From the human T2T-CHM13v2.0 reference genome, Homo sapiens: a stretch of 64,000 nt of DNA. Each line of letters starts with the position of its first letter. Position 1 is the first letter of the stretch. The position numbers and the translations under genes were made by a program. Below, piece after piece: positions 34,330-54,266 of this stretch. The stretch lies in assembly GCF_009914755.1 (NCBI RefSeq), contig NC_060941.1; one strand, written 5' to 3'. The notes under the pieces are model-generated. The model saw nothing but the letters and a program-made list of their open reading frames with translations, ran no database searches and was not told the DNA's origin.

Positions 34330-34665
34330 ATTTTTTAAATGAACTTTATTTCTTTAGAGTAGTTTAAGATTTACAGAAAAATTGTGAAGATAGCGCAAAG
34401 AAGTCTCATATATCCCTGCATCCAGTTTCTCCTATTGTTAACATCTTACATTAATGTGGTACAGTTGTTACAGTTAATGAGCCAATATTGATACATAATT
34501 ATAAACTGGAGTCCATACTTTATTTAGATTTACTTAGTCTACCTAATGTCCATTTTCTGTTCCAGGATCTTACTCATTATACCATCTTACATTTAGTCCT
34601 GTCTCCTTAGGGTGCCTCTTGATTGGGCTGGTTTCTCAGACTGTCCTCGTTTTTGATGGCACTTA
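34330..34665 (-). mobile_element. Old L1 3' end (L1MC/L1MD-like), antisense, just upstream of CDK12 exon 2
   Basis: tttacagaaaaattgtgaagatag, ttgttaacatcttacatt, aatgagccaatattgatacat. Confidence 0.65.
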
Positions 34666-34777
34666 ATCTATTTTACAATTGATAAGTTACAGTTCTTCAT
34701 AGTTTGTTTTATTGATCTGTTTTCCTCCATATACTACTGTAGTCCATTCATTTAAAACTGGCTTTTTATTTTTCCAG

Positions 34778-35662
34778 TAGGAAATCCATGAAGTCCAGAA
34801 GTAGAAGTCCTGCATATTCAAGACATTCATCTTCTCATAGTAAAAAGAAGAGATCCAGTTCACGCAGTCGTCATTCCAGTATCTCACCTGTCAGGCTTCC
34901 ACTTAATTCCAGTCTGGGAGCTGAACTCAGTAGGAAAAAGAAGGAAAGAGCAGCTGCTGCTGCTGCAGCAAAGATGGATGGAAAGGAGTCCAAGGGTTCA
35001 CCTGTATTTTTGCCTAGAAAAGAGAACAGTTCAGTAGAGGCTAAGGATTCAGGTTTGGAGTCTAAAAAGTTACCCAGAAGTGTAAAATTGGAAAAATCTG
35101 CCCCAGATACTGAACTGGTGAATGTAACACATCTAAACACAGAGGTAAAAAATTCTTCAGATACAGGGAAAGTAAAGTTGGATGAGAACTCCGAGAAGCA
35201 TCTTGTTAAAGATTTGAAAGCACAGGGAACAAGAGACTCTAAACCCATAGCACTGAAAGAGGAGATTGTTACTCCAAAGGAGACAGAAACATCAGAAAAG
35301 GAGACCCCTCCACCTCTTCCCACAATTGCTTCTCCCCCACCCCCTCTACCAACTACTACCCCTCCACCTCAGACACCCCCTTTGCCACCTTTGCCTCCAA
35401 TACCAGCTCTTCCACAGCAACCACCTCTGCCTCCTTCTCAGCCAGCATTTAGTCAGGTTCCTGCTTCCAGTACTTCAACTTTGCCCCCTTCTACTCACTC
35501 AAAGACATCTGCTGTGTCCTCTCAGGCAAATTCTCAGCCCCCTGTACAGGTTTCTGTGAAGACTCAAGTATCTGTAACAGCTGCTATTCCACACCTGAAA
35601 ACTTCAACGTTGCCTCCTTTGCCCCTCCCACCCTTATTACCTGGAGATGATGACATGGATAG
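34778..35662 (+). CDS. CDK12: CDK12 coding exon 2 (885 nt; end of RS region, poly-Ala, proline-rich region)
   Basis: Acceptor tttttccag|TAG (tandem NAGNAG) and donor AG|gtaagt. It reads SRKSMKSRSRSP...PGDDDMD and is phase 2/2. Confidence 0.96.
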
Positions 35663-36679
35663 GTAAGTCCTATAGTGAACTGGAAAAAACCCCCTTGATC
35701 TAAACATAAAGCATTTTCTGTTTTAATCTTTGTCAACACTACCCTCATGGTTTTATGAACAGGAAATGTCTTTGATATTTTCAGTGGGAAAGTCTGTAAT
35801 TATGACATTATTACTTGGGAAGAGAGAATTAGAATTTGAGGCCTGGTTAACCCATTTTATCATTAAGTTTATTTTATTTATTTTGTATTTTTTGTATTTT
35901 GAGACATGGTCTTGCTCTGTCGCCCAGGCTGTAATGCAGTGGCGTCATCTCAGCTTACTGCAACATCTGCCTCACAGGTTCAAGCGATTCTCCCACCTCA
36001 CCCTCCCCAGCAGCTGGGACTACAGGCATGCACCACCATGCCTGGCTAATTTTTGTGTTTTTAGTAGAGATGGGGTTTCAACATGTTGGCCATACTGGTC
36101 TGGAACTCCTGACCTCAAGTGATTTTCCCACCTGGGCCTGCCAAAGTGCTGGGATTACAGGCATGAGCCACCATCCCTAGCCTAAGTTTATTGATAATGC
36201 TAATTTTGATTAAAATTTTAAAAAAATCGAGTTTTCCCTTAAATTTTTGTTGAAAATATTAATACCTATAGAAAAATTAAAAGAATAATAGGCTGTATGC
36301 AGTGGCTCATGCCTGTAATCCCAGCACTTTGGGAGGCTAGGGCAGGCAGATCACCTGAGGTCAGGGGTTCAAGACCAGGCTGGCCAACATGGTGAACCCC
36401 CATCTTTACTAAAGATACAAAAATTAGCTGGGCGTGGTGGTGGGCCCCTGTAATCCCAGCTACTTGAGAGGCTGAGGCAGGAGAATTGCTTGAACCCAGG
36501 ATATGGAGGTTGCAGCGAGCCAAGATTGCATATTGCCGTATTTGCTCTGTGGATATCATGACACTTTACTTCTAAATATTTCAGTGTGTCTCTCCTAATA
36601 ATAACGTTCTATATAATTACAATATCTTCATCACCCTGAAAAATTTAACATTGACTTAGTAACATCAATAGTTATATAA

Positions 36680-36784
<105 letters not shown>

Positions 36785-36820
36785 TAACAACGGTGAAACC
36801 CTGCCTCTACTAAAGATTTA

Positions 36821-36988
<168 letters not shown>

Positions 36989-37578
36989 CTATCAATAATC
37001 ATAATATTTAACCAAATAGTCCCAGTAGCCCCCAAAATGTCTTTATTGTTGGTTTTTGTTTTCAGTTGGAATTCAAAATAACTCACAAAATGTCTTTTAT
37101 AGCCGGGTTTGTTTTTTCTCTCCTGATCCCAGGGTCCAAACTAGGATTATTTTGAAAAGGGCTGCTTTAAAAAAAAAGAAATTATTCCATAAAAAGTAAA
37201 AGAATAATATGTAAAGTATTTGCTAATTAGAATATAATTCACAATGGGATGATGGGAAGAGCTTTAATTTTAATGAGTCCTCTGTATATTGAGAACTGAA
37301 ATGATTATGAAGCATGAATCTAATTTTATAGAAGGCATTAACAAAAATACTTCTTTAAGGCTGGGCTTGGTGGCTCACGCCTGTAATTTCAGCACTCTGG
37401 AAAGCCGAGGTAGATAAGATCACTTGAACCCAGGAGTTCAAGACCAGCCTGGCCAACACGATGGAACCCCATCTCTACTAAAAAAAATACAAAAATTAGC
37501 CGGGTGTGGCCAGGTGCGGTGGTTCATGCCTTTAATCCCAGCACTTTGGGAGGCCAAGGCGGGCGAATCATGAGGTCA

Positions 37579-37994
<416 letters not shown>

Positions 37995-38322
37995 CTAACT
38001 AGGCAAGTACCACCAAACACACTTGCTTTAGCAGTGACATGTGATGGCAGTCTTTGTGTTATGGTTTGCTTATTCTACTGTGATATTGTGCTCTTTGGGA
38101 TGTGAATTGCATTTATTGAAACAAACTTTTCATTGTAAGCACAAAATTAAGTGCCACCGATCTTGCATCCTAGCCTAATTCCCAAGCCTTCATTCCTTTC
38201 AAGGTGATAATTGTAATTTTATTTCATTTTATTTTGAGACAGGATCTGGCTCTGTCCCCCAGGCTGGAGTGCAGTGGTGTGATCTGGGCTTATTGCAACT
38301 TCTGCCTCCCAGACTCAAGTGA

Positions 38323-38526
<204 letters not shown>

Positions 38527-40607
38527 TGAATGATGATACATTGCAGCCCTCTGGGTGAGAAAGTATGTTTTTTCGTACCCTCTGTTCTTTAGAGAAGATG
38601 CAAGTACAGTAAATGGAAAGGGGGAAAAAAACTATTTTAAGGAATGGCTCCATCACTATAGAAAGAAATATGATGTTTCCTTTTTTTTTTTTTTTTTTTT
38701 TTGGCATTACCAGACTGCCAAAATCTGATTTTTTATTTTTATTTTTTTTTGAGATGGAGTCTCTTTCTGTTGCCCAGGCTGGAGTGCAATGGCGCGATCT
38801 CAGCTCACTGCAGCCTCTGCCTCCTGGGTTCAAGTGATTCTCATGCCTCAGCTCCTCTGAGTAGCTGAGATTACAAGCATGTGCCACCATGCCTGGCTAA
38901 TTTTTGTATTTTTAGTAGAGACAGGGTTTCACCATGTTGGCCAGGCTGGTCTCGAACTCCTGACCTTAAATGATTCTCCCACCTGGGCCTTCCAAAGTGC
39001 TGGGATTACAGGCATGAGCCACTGCACCCAACCCAAAATGTGATTTTAAAGAAAAATTCCATATACTCTTTCTAACATTAATAGGTATTTATGGACTGAG
39101 CTTTGTGGATGTAATCCCAGTACTTTGGGAGGCCATGGTGGGAGGACTGTTTAAGGCCAGGAGTTCAAAACCAGCCTGGACAACAACATAGTGAGACCCC
39201 ATCTCTATAAAACATTTAAAAATTAGTTGGATGTGGTGGCAGGTACCTTTAGCCCTAGCTACTTGGGAGGCTGAGGCAGGAGGATCACTTGAGCCCAGGA
39301 GTTCAAGGCTACGGTGAACTATGATTGGGCCACTGTACGCCAGCTTGTGTGAAAGAGACCCTGTCTTTAAAAATAAAATTTTAATTAAAAAGTAATAACA
39401 AATTCTGCCACGTGATGAAAATTACAGAAGAGAAGAGAACCTGAAATTTTTTTTTTTTTTTTTTGAGACGGTGTCTCACACTGTTGTCCGGGCTGGAGTG
39501 CAGTGGCGATCTTGGCTCACTGCAAACTGCATCTCCCAGGTTCAGGCGATTCTTCTACCTTAGCCTCCCAAGTGGCTAGGATTACAGGTGCCTGCCACCA
39601 CGCCCAGCTAATTTTTTGTATTTTTAGTAGAGACAGGGTTTCACCATGTTGGCCAGGCTGGTCTCGAACTCCTGACCTCGTGATTCGCCCACCTAGGCCT
39701 CCCAAAATACTGAGATTACAGGTGTGAGCCACCGTGTCAGGAACAGAATCTCAAATTTATGTGGAAAAAATTAACTTGAGGTCCAAAATATAGATAGATA
39801 AAAGCCATAGATAAAAAGATAAAAGCCATATTTTTATAGTTTTTGTTGGAAAAGGAAATAGTTGAGCATTGTCCAAAGGGACCCTGGCCCTTTAGCTATA
39901 GGAACCTCATTTCAATACTTGTTTACATAGTGGCTAGAATATTAATGTGGGTAAGAATCTTGATTTTTTTTTTTTTTACTTCAGAAAAATGTTTAGGAAA
40001 CAAAAAGCATCTTGATGATTTTTTTCTTTTTTGAGATAGATTCTCTCTCCATAGCCAGGCTGGAGTGCAGTGGCAAGATCTTGGCTCACTGCAACTTCCC
40101 AGGGTTCAAGCGATTCTCCTGTCTCAGCCTCCCGAGTAGTTGGGACCACAGGCACCCGCCACCACACCCAGCTAATTTTTGTATTTTTAGTAGAGGTAGG
40201 GTTTCACCATATTTCTCCTGGATGGTCTCGATGTCTTGATCTCATGATCTGTCCGCCTCAGCCTCCCAAAGTACTGAGATTACTGGCATGAATCCCCGTG
40301 CCCCAACTATTTATTATTTTATTTATTTATTTTTTGAGATGGAATTTTTGCCCTTGTTGTCCAGGCTGGAGTGCAGTGATGTGATCTCGGCTGCATCCGC
40401 CTCCCGGGTTCAAGCAATTCTCCTGCCTCAGCCTCCCAAGTAGCTGGGATTGCAGGCACCTGCCACCATGTTCAACTAATTTTGTATTTTTAGTAGACAA
40501 TGGGTTTCGCCCTGTTGGCCAGGCTGGTCAGGAACTCCTGATCTCAGGTGATCTACCTGCCTTGGCCCCACAAAGTGCAGAGATTACAGGCATGAGCCAC
40601 CATGCCT

Positions 40608-40650
<43 letters not shown>

Positions 40651-40926
40651 AGACAGAGTTCTGCTCTGTCGCCCAGGCTGGAGTGCAATGGGGCAATCTC
40701 AGCTCACGCAACCTCCGCCTCCCAAGTTCAAGCGATTCTCCTGCCTTAGCCTCCTGAGTAGCTTGGATTACGGGTGCCCACCACCACGCCTGGCTAATTT
40801 GTGTATTTTTATTAGAGATGGGGGTTTCACCATGTTGGTTACAAACTCCTGACCTTAAATGATCCACCTGCCTCGGGCTTCCAACGTGCTGGAATTACAG
40901 GCGTGAACCACCAAGTCCAGCCCTAA

Positions 40927-41718
<792 letters not shown>

Positions 41719-42123
41719 TGATCTGCCCACCTTGGCCTCCCAAAGTGCTGGGATTACAGGCGTGAGCCACTGCACCCCGCCTATTTTTGTATTTTTAGTA
41801 GAGACGGGGTTTCACTACATTGACCAGGCTGGTCTTGAACTCCTGACTTCGGGGTCTGCCTGCCTCGGCCTCCCAAAGTGCTGGGATTACAGGCATGAGC
41901 CACTGCACCGGGCCCATCTAATTATTTTTAAACATGATTTTTTTTTTTTTTAGCCATCTCCTCCTCCACCTCTTTTTTTTTTTTTTTAAGAGACGGGGTC
42001 TTGCTATGTTGCCCAGGTTTGTCCCAAACTCCTCAACTCATGTGATCCTTCCACCTTGGCATCCCTAAATGCTGGCATTACATGTGTGAGCCACTGAGTT
42101 TGGCCATTATTTTTTTTTTTTGA

Positions 42124-42410
<287 letters not shown>

Positions 42411-42550
42411 TGATTATTATCAGTATTCTACATATAAATAAATTATTAAAGGTAGAAAAACGGAAATAGACCAGGTGCTGTGGCTCACTCCTATAATCCC
42501 AGCCCTTTGGGAGGCCAAGGCAAGAGGCTTGTTTGAGCCCATGTGTTTTA

Positions 42551-42730
<180 letters not shown>

Positions 42731-43030
42731 TCAAAGAAAATGAGATGAGGATGTCTTCCATTATCAATTTTATTTTTTTATTTTAAATTCATGATGTGTT
42801 TCTGTTTCTATTTTGTATGTGTGTGTGTGCTGCTATATCCATGTACCAGCTGCTCCATATCCATGTACCAGCTGCTCCTATCTTTGACATGAAAAGTAAT
42901 TTTTACATAGGAAAGCTTTTTAGAAAGAAATCTAATGGCCGGGTGCGGTGGCTCACACCTGTAATCCCAGCACTTTGGAAGGCTGAGGCGGGCAGATCAC
43001 GAGGTCAGGAGATCGAGACCATCCTGGCTA

Positions 43031-43285
<255 letters not shown>

Positions 43286-44385
43286 TCACTCGAGACTGCA
43301 GCAGCATAATGTTGAGAATGTGACTTACACATCATTTTTAGTATGTTGTGGGTGGAATACAGAATGCAATTAGTAATGTTGGTTATTTTAATTGATGGGT
43401 AAATAAAACTTCTAATGGAGCCAGGATCAGGGCTTGTGTGAAATGACAGTGGACTTGTAAAAGAAGTCAGTGTGCACATAAAGAACATAAAGCTTACATT
43501 AGAGGATTTGTCTGTTTTTTTTTGTTTTGTTTTGTTTTTTGTTTTTTTCCCCCGAGACAGAGTCTTGCTCTGTTGCCCAGGCTAGGATGCAGTGGCATGA
43601 TCTCGGCTCACTGTAATCTCCGCCTCTCGGGTTCAAGCAATTCTCCTGCCTCAGCCTCCCAAGTAGCTGAGACTATAGGTGCTCACCACCATGCCTGGCT
43701 AATTTTTGTATTTTTAGTAGAGACAGGGTCTCCTCATGTTGGCCAGGTTGGTCTGAAATTCCTGACCTCAGGTGCTCCACCCACCTTGGCCTCCCAAAGT
43801 CCTGGGATTACAGGCGTGAGTCACTGCACTGGCTTTTTTTTTTTTTTAAGACAGAGTTTTGCTCTTGTTGCCCAGGCTGGAGTGCAATGGCGTGATCTCG
43901 GCTGACTGCAACCTCCACTTCCTGGGTTCAAGCGATTTTCCTGCCTCAGCTGCCTGAGTAGCTGGGATTATAGGCCCCCGCCATCACGCCTAGCTAATTT
44001 TTATATTTTTAGTAGAGACGGGGTTTTACCATCTTTCCCAGGCTGATTGCAATCTCCTGACTTCATGTGATCCACTCATCTGGGCCTCCCAAAGTGCTGG
44101 GATATAGGCGCGAGCCACCGTGTCCAGCCTAGAGGATTTAGTGTCATTTTGGGAAAAGAATGAAACTTTACTTTTTTTTTTTTTTTCCGAGACAGAGTCT
44201 TACTTTGTCGTCCAGGCTGGAGTGCAGTGGCGTGATCTTGGCTCACTGTAACCTCCATCTCCATCTCTGAATCCCAAGTGATTCTCCTGCGTCACCCTCC
44301 CAAGTAGCTAGGATTACAGGCATGTACCACCATGCCCAGCTAGTTTTTGTTTTGTTTTGTTTTGTTTTTTTGAGAGTTTTGCTAG

Positions 44386-44660
<275 letters not shown>

Positions 44661-44999
44661 TGAATAGGAGTGTACTAGCTCAGGTATCAAATGCAAGAGT
44701 GAATTCAGCTAATGGTATTTCAAAAGCCTTTCTCATTTGTGGTCTATAATTCTTGATTTCAAGAAGCAAGGCAGCCCACGTCCAACATAGTACAATCTAC
44801 ATGACCATAGCTATTAATGGATATATTTCTGCCTTAAGTAGATCATCTGTATACTTTTCTTAGAAATTTCAGTTAACCAGCCGGGAGTGGTGGATCACGC
44901 CTGTAATCCCAGCACTTTGGGAGGCCGAGGCCGGCGGATCACCTGAGGTCGGGAGTTGGAGACCAGCCTGGCCAACATGGAGAAACCCCGTCTCTACTA

Positions 45000-45158
<159 letters not shown>

Positions 45159-45537
45159 TCAAAAAAAAAAAGAAAAAAAAAAAGAAATTTCAGTTAACCA
45201 TATAGAATTTTTAAAGTCTTCTTTTCTTCTTTCTCTTTTTTTTTTTTTTTTGTGGCAGAATCTCACTGTCACCCAGGCTGGGGTACACTGGCGTGATCTT
45301 GCCTCACTGCAATCTCCACCTCCTGGCCTCAGCCTCCTGAGTAGCTGGGACTACAATCACAAGCCATGCCCGGCTGTTTTTTTTTTTACATTTTTGGTAG
45401 AGACCAAGTTTTGCCATGTTGCACAGGCTGGTCTCGAACTCCTGAGCTCAAGCAGTCTGCCCACCTTGGTCTTCCAAAGTGCTGGAATTACACGTGTGAG
45501 CCACTGCGCCCAGCACTTATGTGCTTGCTCGCTCGCG

Positions 45538-45562
45538 CTCTCTCTCTCTCTCTCTCTCTCTC
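45538..45562 (+). repeat. (CT)n microsatellite
   Basis: Read directly from the sequence. Confidence 0.85.
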
Positions 45563-45785
45563 TTTTCTTTTTTCTTTTTTTTTGACAAAGTCTCATCCTG
45601 TTGCCCAGGCTGGACTGCGATGGCACTATCTCGGCACACTGCAACCTCCGCCTCCCGGGTTGAAGTGATTCTCCTGCCTCACCCTCCCAAGTAGCTGGGA
45701 TTACAGGCAAGCGCCACCATGCCTGGCTAATTTTTTGTATCCTTAGTAGAGATGGGGTTTCACCAGGTTGGCCAGGCTGGTCTCA

Positions 45786-45893
<108 letters not shown>

Positions 45894-46339
45894 GAGTTTC
45901 GCTTTTTTTAGCCCAGGCTGGAGTGCAGTGTTGTGATCTCCACTCACTGCAACCTCCACCTCCTGGGTTCAACCAATTCTCCTGCCTCAGCCTCCTGAGT
46001 AGCTGGATTACAGGCGTGTGCCACCACACCCTGCTAATTTTGTGTTTTTAATAGAGATGGGGTTTCACCATTTTGGCCAAGGTGGTCTTGAACTCCTGAC
46101 CTCAGGTGATCCACCCGCCTCGGCCTCTCAGAGTGCTAGGATTACAGGCCTGAGCTACCGCACCTGGCCTTGCTCTGTTTTTCTAATAGCCTTGTTCATT
46201 TGGAGCGTACTGAACTTCAGGGGAGTCTACATTATTTTTAAAGGCTGTATCTCTATAAGTTCAGTAAACTCCAAATGAACCAGGATTTTCCTAGTAGAAT
46301 GGGATGCTTGGTTTCCATTTTTTATGTACTTAACTAAAC

Positions 46340-46677
<338 letters not shown>

Positions 46678-46937
46678 TAGGCTGTTATCTAACTCCTGGC
46701 CTCAAACAATCCACCTGCCTCAGCCTTTCAAAGTGCTGGGATTACAGGTGAGAGCCACTATGCCTGCCTCAACTAAATTTTTTTTTTTTTTTGAAACGGA
46801 GTCTCACTCTGTCCTCTAGGCTGGAGTACAGTGGCATGATCTCGGCTCACTGCAACCTTCGCCTCCTGGATTTAAGTGATTCTGCTGCCTCAGTCTCCTG
46901 AATAGCTGGGGTTACAGGCTTGTGCCACCACGCCTAG

Positions 46938-47087
<150 letters not shown>

Positions 47088-47550
47088 TGATAAAAGTTTG
47101 TAAATAGTGGTGAAATCACTGTTTCTTTTCTTTTTTTTTTTTAAGAGACAAGTTTTCCCTTTGTCGCCCATGCTGGAGTTCAGTGGCCTGTGCACAGCTC
47201 ACAGTATCCTCTACCTGCTAGGCTGGAGCGATCTTTCCACCTCAGCCTCTCAAGTAGCTTGGACTACAGGCACGTGCCATCATGCCTGGCTAATTTTTGT
47301 ACTTTTTTGTAGAGATGGAGTTTGACTGTGTTGTCCAGGGTAGTAGAACTCCTAGACACAAGGAATACACCTTCCTTGGCCTTCTAAAGTGCTAGGATTA
47401 CAGGCATGAGCCACCGTGCCTGGTCTGAAATCATGTTTTAAACAACCAACTTCAAGGGGAAGGAGATAAAGGATTATATTTAAAGTAGTTTACGCTGTTA
47501 AAATGGGCAAATTATCTCATTGAAAAATTTAGTGTTTTTTAAACAGTTAC

Positions 47551-47553
47551 AAT

Positions 47554-47592
<39 letters not shown>

Positions 47593-47598
47593 TTTTTT
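47551..47598 (+). repeat. (TTTA)n microsatellite (tail of an internally deleted antisense Alu)
   Basis: Read directly from the sequence. Confidence 0.9.
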
Positions 47599-48561
47599 GA
47601 GGCGGATTCTTACTCTCATGATCCGCCTACCTTGGCCTCCCAAAGTGCTGAGAGTACAGGCGTGAGCCACCACCCCTGGCGTAAATATTTATAAATTTTA
47701 TATTTTTTCTTTTTTTTTTGTTTGAGACAGGATCTTGCTCTGTTGCCCAGGCTGGAGTGCAGTGGCATGATCTTGGCTCACTGCAACTGCTGCCTCCAGG
47801 TTCAAGTGATTCTCATGCCTCAACTTCCCAAGTGGCTGGGATTACAGGCATGAGCTACCACACTTGGCTAAGTTTTTGTATTTTTAGAAGAGACAGGGTT
47901 TCACCATGTTGGCCATGCTGGTCTCAAACTCCTGGCCTTAAGTGATATGCCTACCTCGGCATTCCAAAGAGCTGGGACTACAGGCCGTAGTCACCATTCC
48001 TGGTCTATATTCTTTTTTTATTAACAGTATTTTTATTAGAAGTGTTTCCATTACACCCACAGATTCAGTTCAGATTCCAAAATACTATTCATATTCTAAA
48101 AGTTTGGCAGTCCTAGAGCTTGGTAGGTTTTTAAATTACACATGTATTATGAAACCTAATTACCACATGTGAATTTGTGTATAGGTATAAATGGGGAACT
48201 AGGAAATACTGATATAGTTAGGGTACATCAGCGCTTCCTGGTAGTGACTTTTCAAGTAATGACTGTGATGTATAGTATCTGCTCCCCTATGATAGACTCA
48301 CTTTGCATGTACCACATGTCCGCAACCCTTTATAATACTGAGTGTCCTATGCTAAAGGTGATAATGTTAAGCATTGTAGTTTTGAGGCTGTCATTAAATT
48401 TTCAAGGTTTTTAGTACATTGGAATTTACTGAAACAGGATTTGACCTCTATTCAAATTGTATATCCTGAACTGGTAGGACATAACCTATCAAATACTCAT
48501 TCTGTCTTGAAATAAACATGCTAAAAATGTAATATTTTAGAAGCAGTATACATTTTTCATA

Positions 48562-49102
<541 letters not shown>

Positions 49103-49789
49103 TTAGTACTTTATTTGAGCTCATAAAGTAAACATTGGAGAAAACAAAAATATGAAACACAGATTGGCTGGGCATGGTGGCTGATGCCTGTGATCCCAGC
49201 ACTTTAGGAGGCCAAGCTGGAGGATTGCTTCAGGTGGGAGTTTGAGACCAGAGCTTAGGCATCCCCCCCCTTTTTTTTTTTTTTTTTTTTTGGGAAACAG
49301 AGTCTCACTCTGTCGCCAGGCTGGAGTGCAGTGGCTCAATCTCAGCTCACTAATCTCCACCTCCCGGGTTCAGGTGATTCCCCTGCCTCAGCCTCCTGAG
49401 TAGCTGGGACTAACAGGCGGGTGCCACCACGCCTGGCTAATTTTTTTTGTATTTTGGTAGAGACAGGGTTTCACCATGTTTGCCAGGATGGTCTTGATCT
49501 CCTGACCTCATGATCCCCGGCCTCGGCCCCCTAAAGTGCTGGGATTATAGGCATGAGCCACTGTGCCTGGCCCCTGTCTCTTAAAAAAAAAAAAAGCAGC
49601 TGTGGTGGTATGCACCTGTAGTCTCAGCTGCTTGGAATGTTGTAGTGGGTAGATCACTTGAGCCTCGAGGCTGCAGTCAGCTATGATTGCACCACTACAG
49701 TCCAGCTTGGGTGACACAGCAAGATCCTGTCTCCAAACAGACAAAAAACCATAGACTGAATTTATTTGAAATGATGATGACACAATTAA

Positions 49790-50032
<243 letters not shown>

Positions 50033-50606
50033 TGAACTCCTGACTTCAGGTGATCCGCCCGCTTGGCCTCCCAAAGTGCTGGGATTACAGACATGAGCCA
50101 CTGCACCCTGCCTCTTTTTTTTTTTTTTTTTTTTTTCTGTGAAACAGAATCTTGCTCTGTCACTTAGACTGGAGTGCAGTGGCACAATCATGGCTCACTG
50201 CAACCTTGGCCTCCTTCCCTGGCTCAAGTGATCCTCTCGCTTCAGCCTCGATAGTAGCTGGGACCAGAAGTGCATGCCACCACTCCCAGCTAACTTTGTT
50301 TATTTTTTTTAGAGATAAGGTCTCACTATGTTGCTCAGGCTGGTCTTGAACTCCTGGGCTCAAGCAATCTTCCTGCCTTGGCTCCCAAAGTAGTGGGATT
50401 ACAGGCATGAGTCACCATGCTCAGCCTGATTTTTCTTGTTCTTCTAGTGAAGCCAAACCAAGAAGAAATCTGTTTTGAATAATGAGGAATTGAGATTTGT
50501 AAAGAATATTCCGACAGTGGTTGAGAAATTACAAGTTTTTTTTCGCTGAACATCTTAAAAATTAGAATAATTTAAAAAATCTATGTTGGTGGGGTGCGGT
50601 GGCTCA

Positions 50607-51125
<519 letters not shown>

Positions 51126-51638
51126 TCAATAGCTGTTGAGATTTATGTTCTTATATTTTGAGTAAATGACATTCTTTTATGGAAAATTCACACACAAGGG
51201 TTAACAGTATTCTTTAAAAAGATACATTGCAAGAGATAGATCTTTGTGGTCTAGGAAATATTCATGCAAAGCACCAATATTTTCCTTTATAACTACCTGT
51301 CATAAAAATAGAGAAGATTGCCTGTGGTTAAGGTTCTCAGATCTTTTTCAACCATCTGATACTGTGAAGGAATAGAGAAGACCTATCTGGCCTGATTTTA
51401 TTTGTAGACATGAGTTAGTCTGTTGTACTATAGATGTCTTATTTTTTCTGAGGATGTGCATGACACAATTTTTTTTTTTTTTTTTTTTTTTTTTTGAGAT
51501 AAAGTCTTGCCCTGTCACCCAGGCTGGAGTGCAGTGGCACGATCTCGGCTTACTGCAACCTTGACCTCCCCAGTTCAAGCAATTCTCATGCCTCACAAGT
51601 AGCTGGAACTACAGGCACATGCCACCATGCCCAGCTAA

Positions 51639-51803
<165 letters not shown>

Positions 51804-52806
51804 TAATAAATTGAGATAGGCAAAAAATTGTATCTGGGCCATACGTGGTAGGAGGCGAGGCAAGAGCATCACTTGGGGAGGTCCAGGATTTTGTGACTAG
51901 CCTGGGCAATATGGCAAGACCTTGTCTCTACAAAAAATTTCAAGAATTAGCTGGGTGTGTTGGTGTGTGCCGTGGTCCCAGCTTCTTAGGAGGCTAAGGT
52001 GAAAGTGTTGCTTGAGCCCGGGAAATTGAGGCTGCAGTGAGCCATGATTGTGTCATTGCATTCCAGCCTGGGCAACAAAGTGAGTCCCTGTCTCAAAAAA
52101 AAAAAAAGATTGAAAACTGACTTTTCTGATCTATTCCTGGAAACCTATCTTTCTACAAAACCCCACTGACTACTATAATTTACTGATTACTGGGAGAGGC
52201 TTCTGCCACCAGGTGCCTTAATAATTCTGAAATAGTTGCTTGGACCCTTTTTCTTTAGATTTTTAGTTTGATGATTGTCTATTTTGGCTGGTCAGGTTTG
52301 CCTTCTGCTTTGAAGTGAACGGAATGATTCAGTATATTTTTTATTAGTTTTGACTTACAACTTAGCTATATTTCTATTTTTTTGTAAATATCTTCGGCAA
52401 TTTATATTTTTTACAGGGAAAGCATTCTAAAATACTATTTCTTTTTTCCAAGATTTTTGCATCTCTTTAGCGATAGAGTAGTATTAAATTGTTGAGCTCT
52501 TCTTGTTTGTTAAATCTTTGCTAAAATGTAGAGTAAATTCGATGAACTCCACGAGTTGCAGTGATACTTTGTGAATTTAAGAAAATTACTTCCTGCATTT
52601 TATTTCTATTTTTAAATTTTTTATTTTTCGAGACAGAGCTGCCCTTTGTTGCCCAGGGTGGAGTGCAATGGCATGGTGATGGCTCACTGTAGCTTTGACT
52701 TCCTGGGCTCAAATGATGCTCCCACCCCAGGACTGCTGGTTGCCATCTGCCCCCAAGTAGCTGGAAACACACACTTATACCACCATGTCCAGCTAATTAT
52801 TTTTGA

Positions 52807-53109
<303 letters not shown>

Positions 53110-53942
53110 TAATAGAGATGGGGTTTCACTGTATTGCCCAGGCTGGTCTCGAACTCCTGAGTTCAGGCAGTCTGCCCACCTTGGCCTCCCAAAGTGCTAA
53201 GATTACAGGCGTGAGCCACCGTGCCTGGCCAGTTTCTATATTTTTAGTAGAGACAGGGTTTCACCAGGCTGGCCAGGCTGATCTTCAACTCTTGACCTCA
53301 AGTGATCTGCCCACCTCAGCCTCCCAAAGTGCTGGGATTACAGGCATGAGTACTGTGCCTGTTCTAATTTTTTTTTTTTTTTTGAGACGGAGTTTCATAC
53401 TGTTGCCTGGGCTGGAGTGCAGTGGCACGATCTTGGCTCACTGGAACGATTCAAGCAATTCTCCTGCCTCAGCCTCCTGAGTAGCTGGGATTACAGGCAG
53501 CTGCTACCATGCCCGGCTAATTTTTTGTAGTTTTAGTAGAGATGGGGTTTCCCTATGTTGGCCAGGCTGGTCTCGAACTTTTGATCTCGTGATCTGCCCG
53601 CCTCAGCCTCCCAAAGTGCTGGGATTACAGGCTTGAGCCACCGTGCCTGGCCTAATTTTTTTTTTTTTTTTTTTAATTTTTTGTAGTGATGGAGTCTCAC
53701 TGTGTTTTCCAGGGTGGTCTCAAACTCCTGGCCTCAAGCAATCCTCTTGCCTCAGCCTCCCAAAGTGCTGGGATCACAGGGGTGAGCCACCATGCCCAGG
53801 TGAATTTTATTTCATCTCAATAAAACTCCAAATAAAATCTTAGGAACGATATATTAAGAGTTTGATAAAGGGAACTGCAAGTAATATCACAAATATTTCA
53901 TTGTTTTTAAAATATACTATAGATTTCTATTTATAAAATTTA

Positions 53943-54266
<324 letters not shown>

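Noticed and set aside
51305-51385. ATAGAGAAGATT resembling the U6 ACAGAGA region
   Set aside because: The match is only about 10 nt and the flanks do not align with U6.
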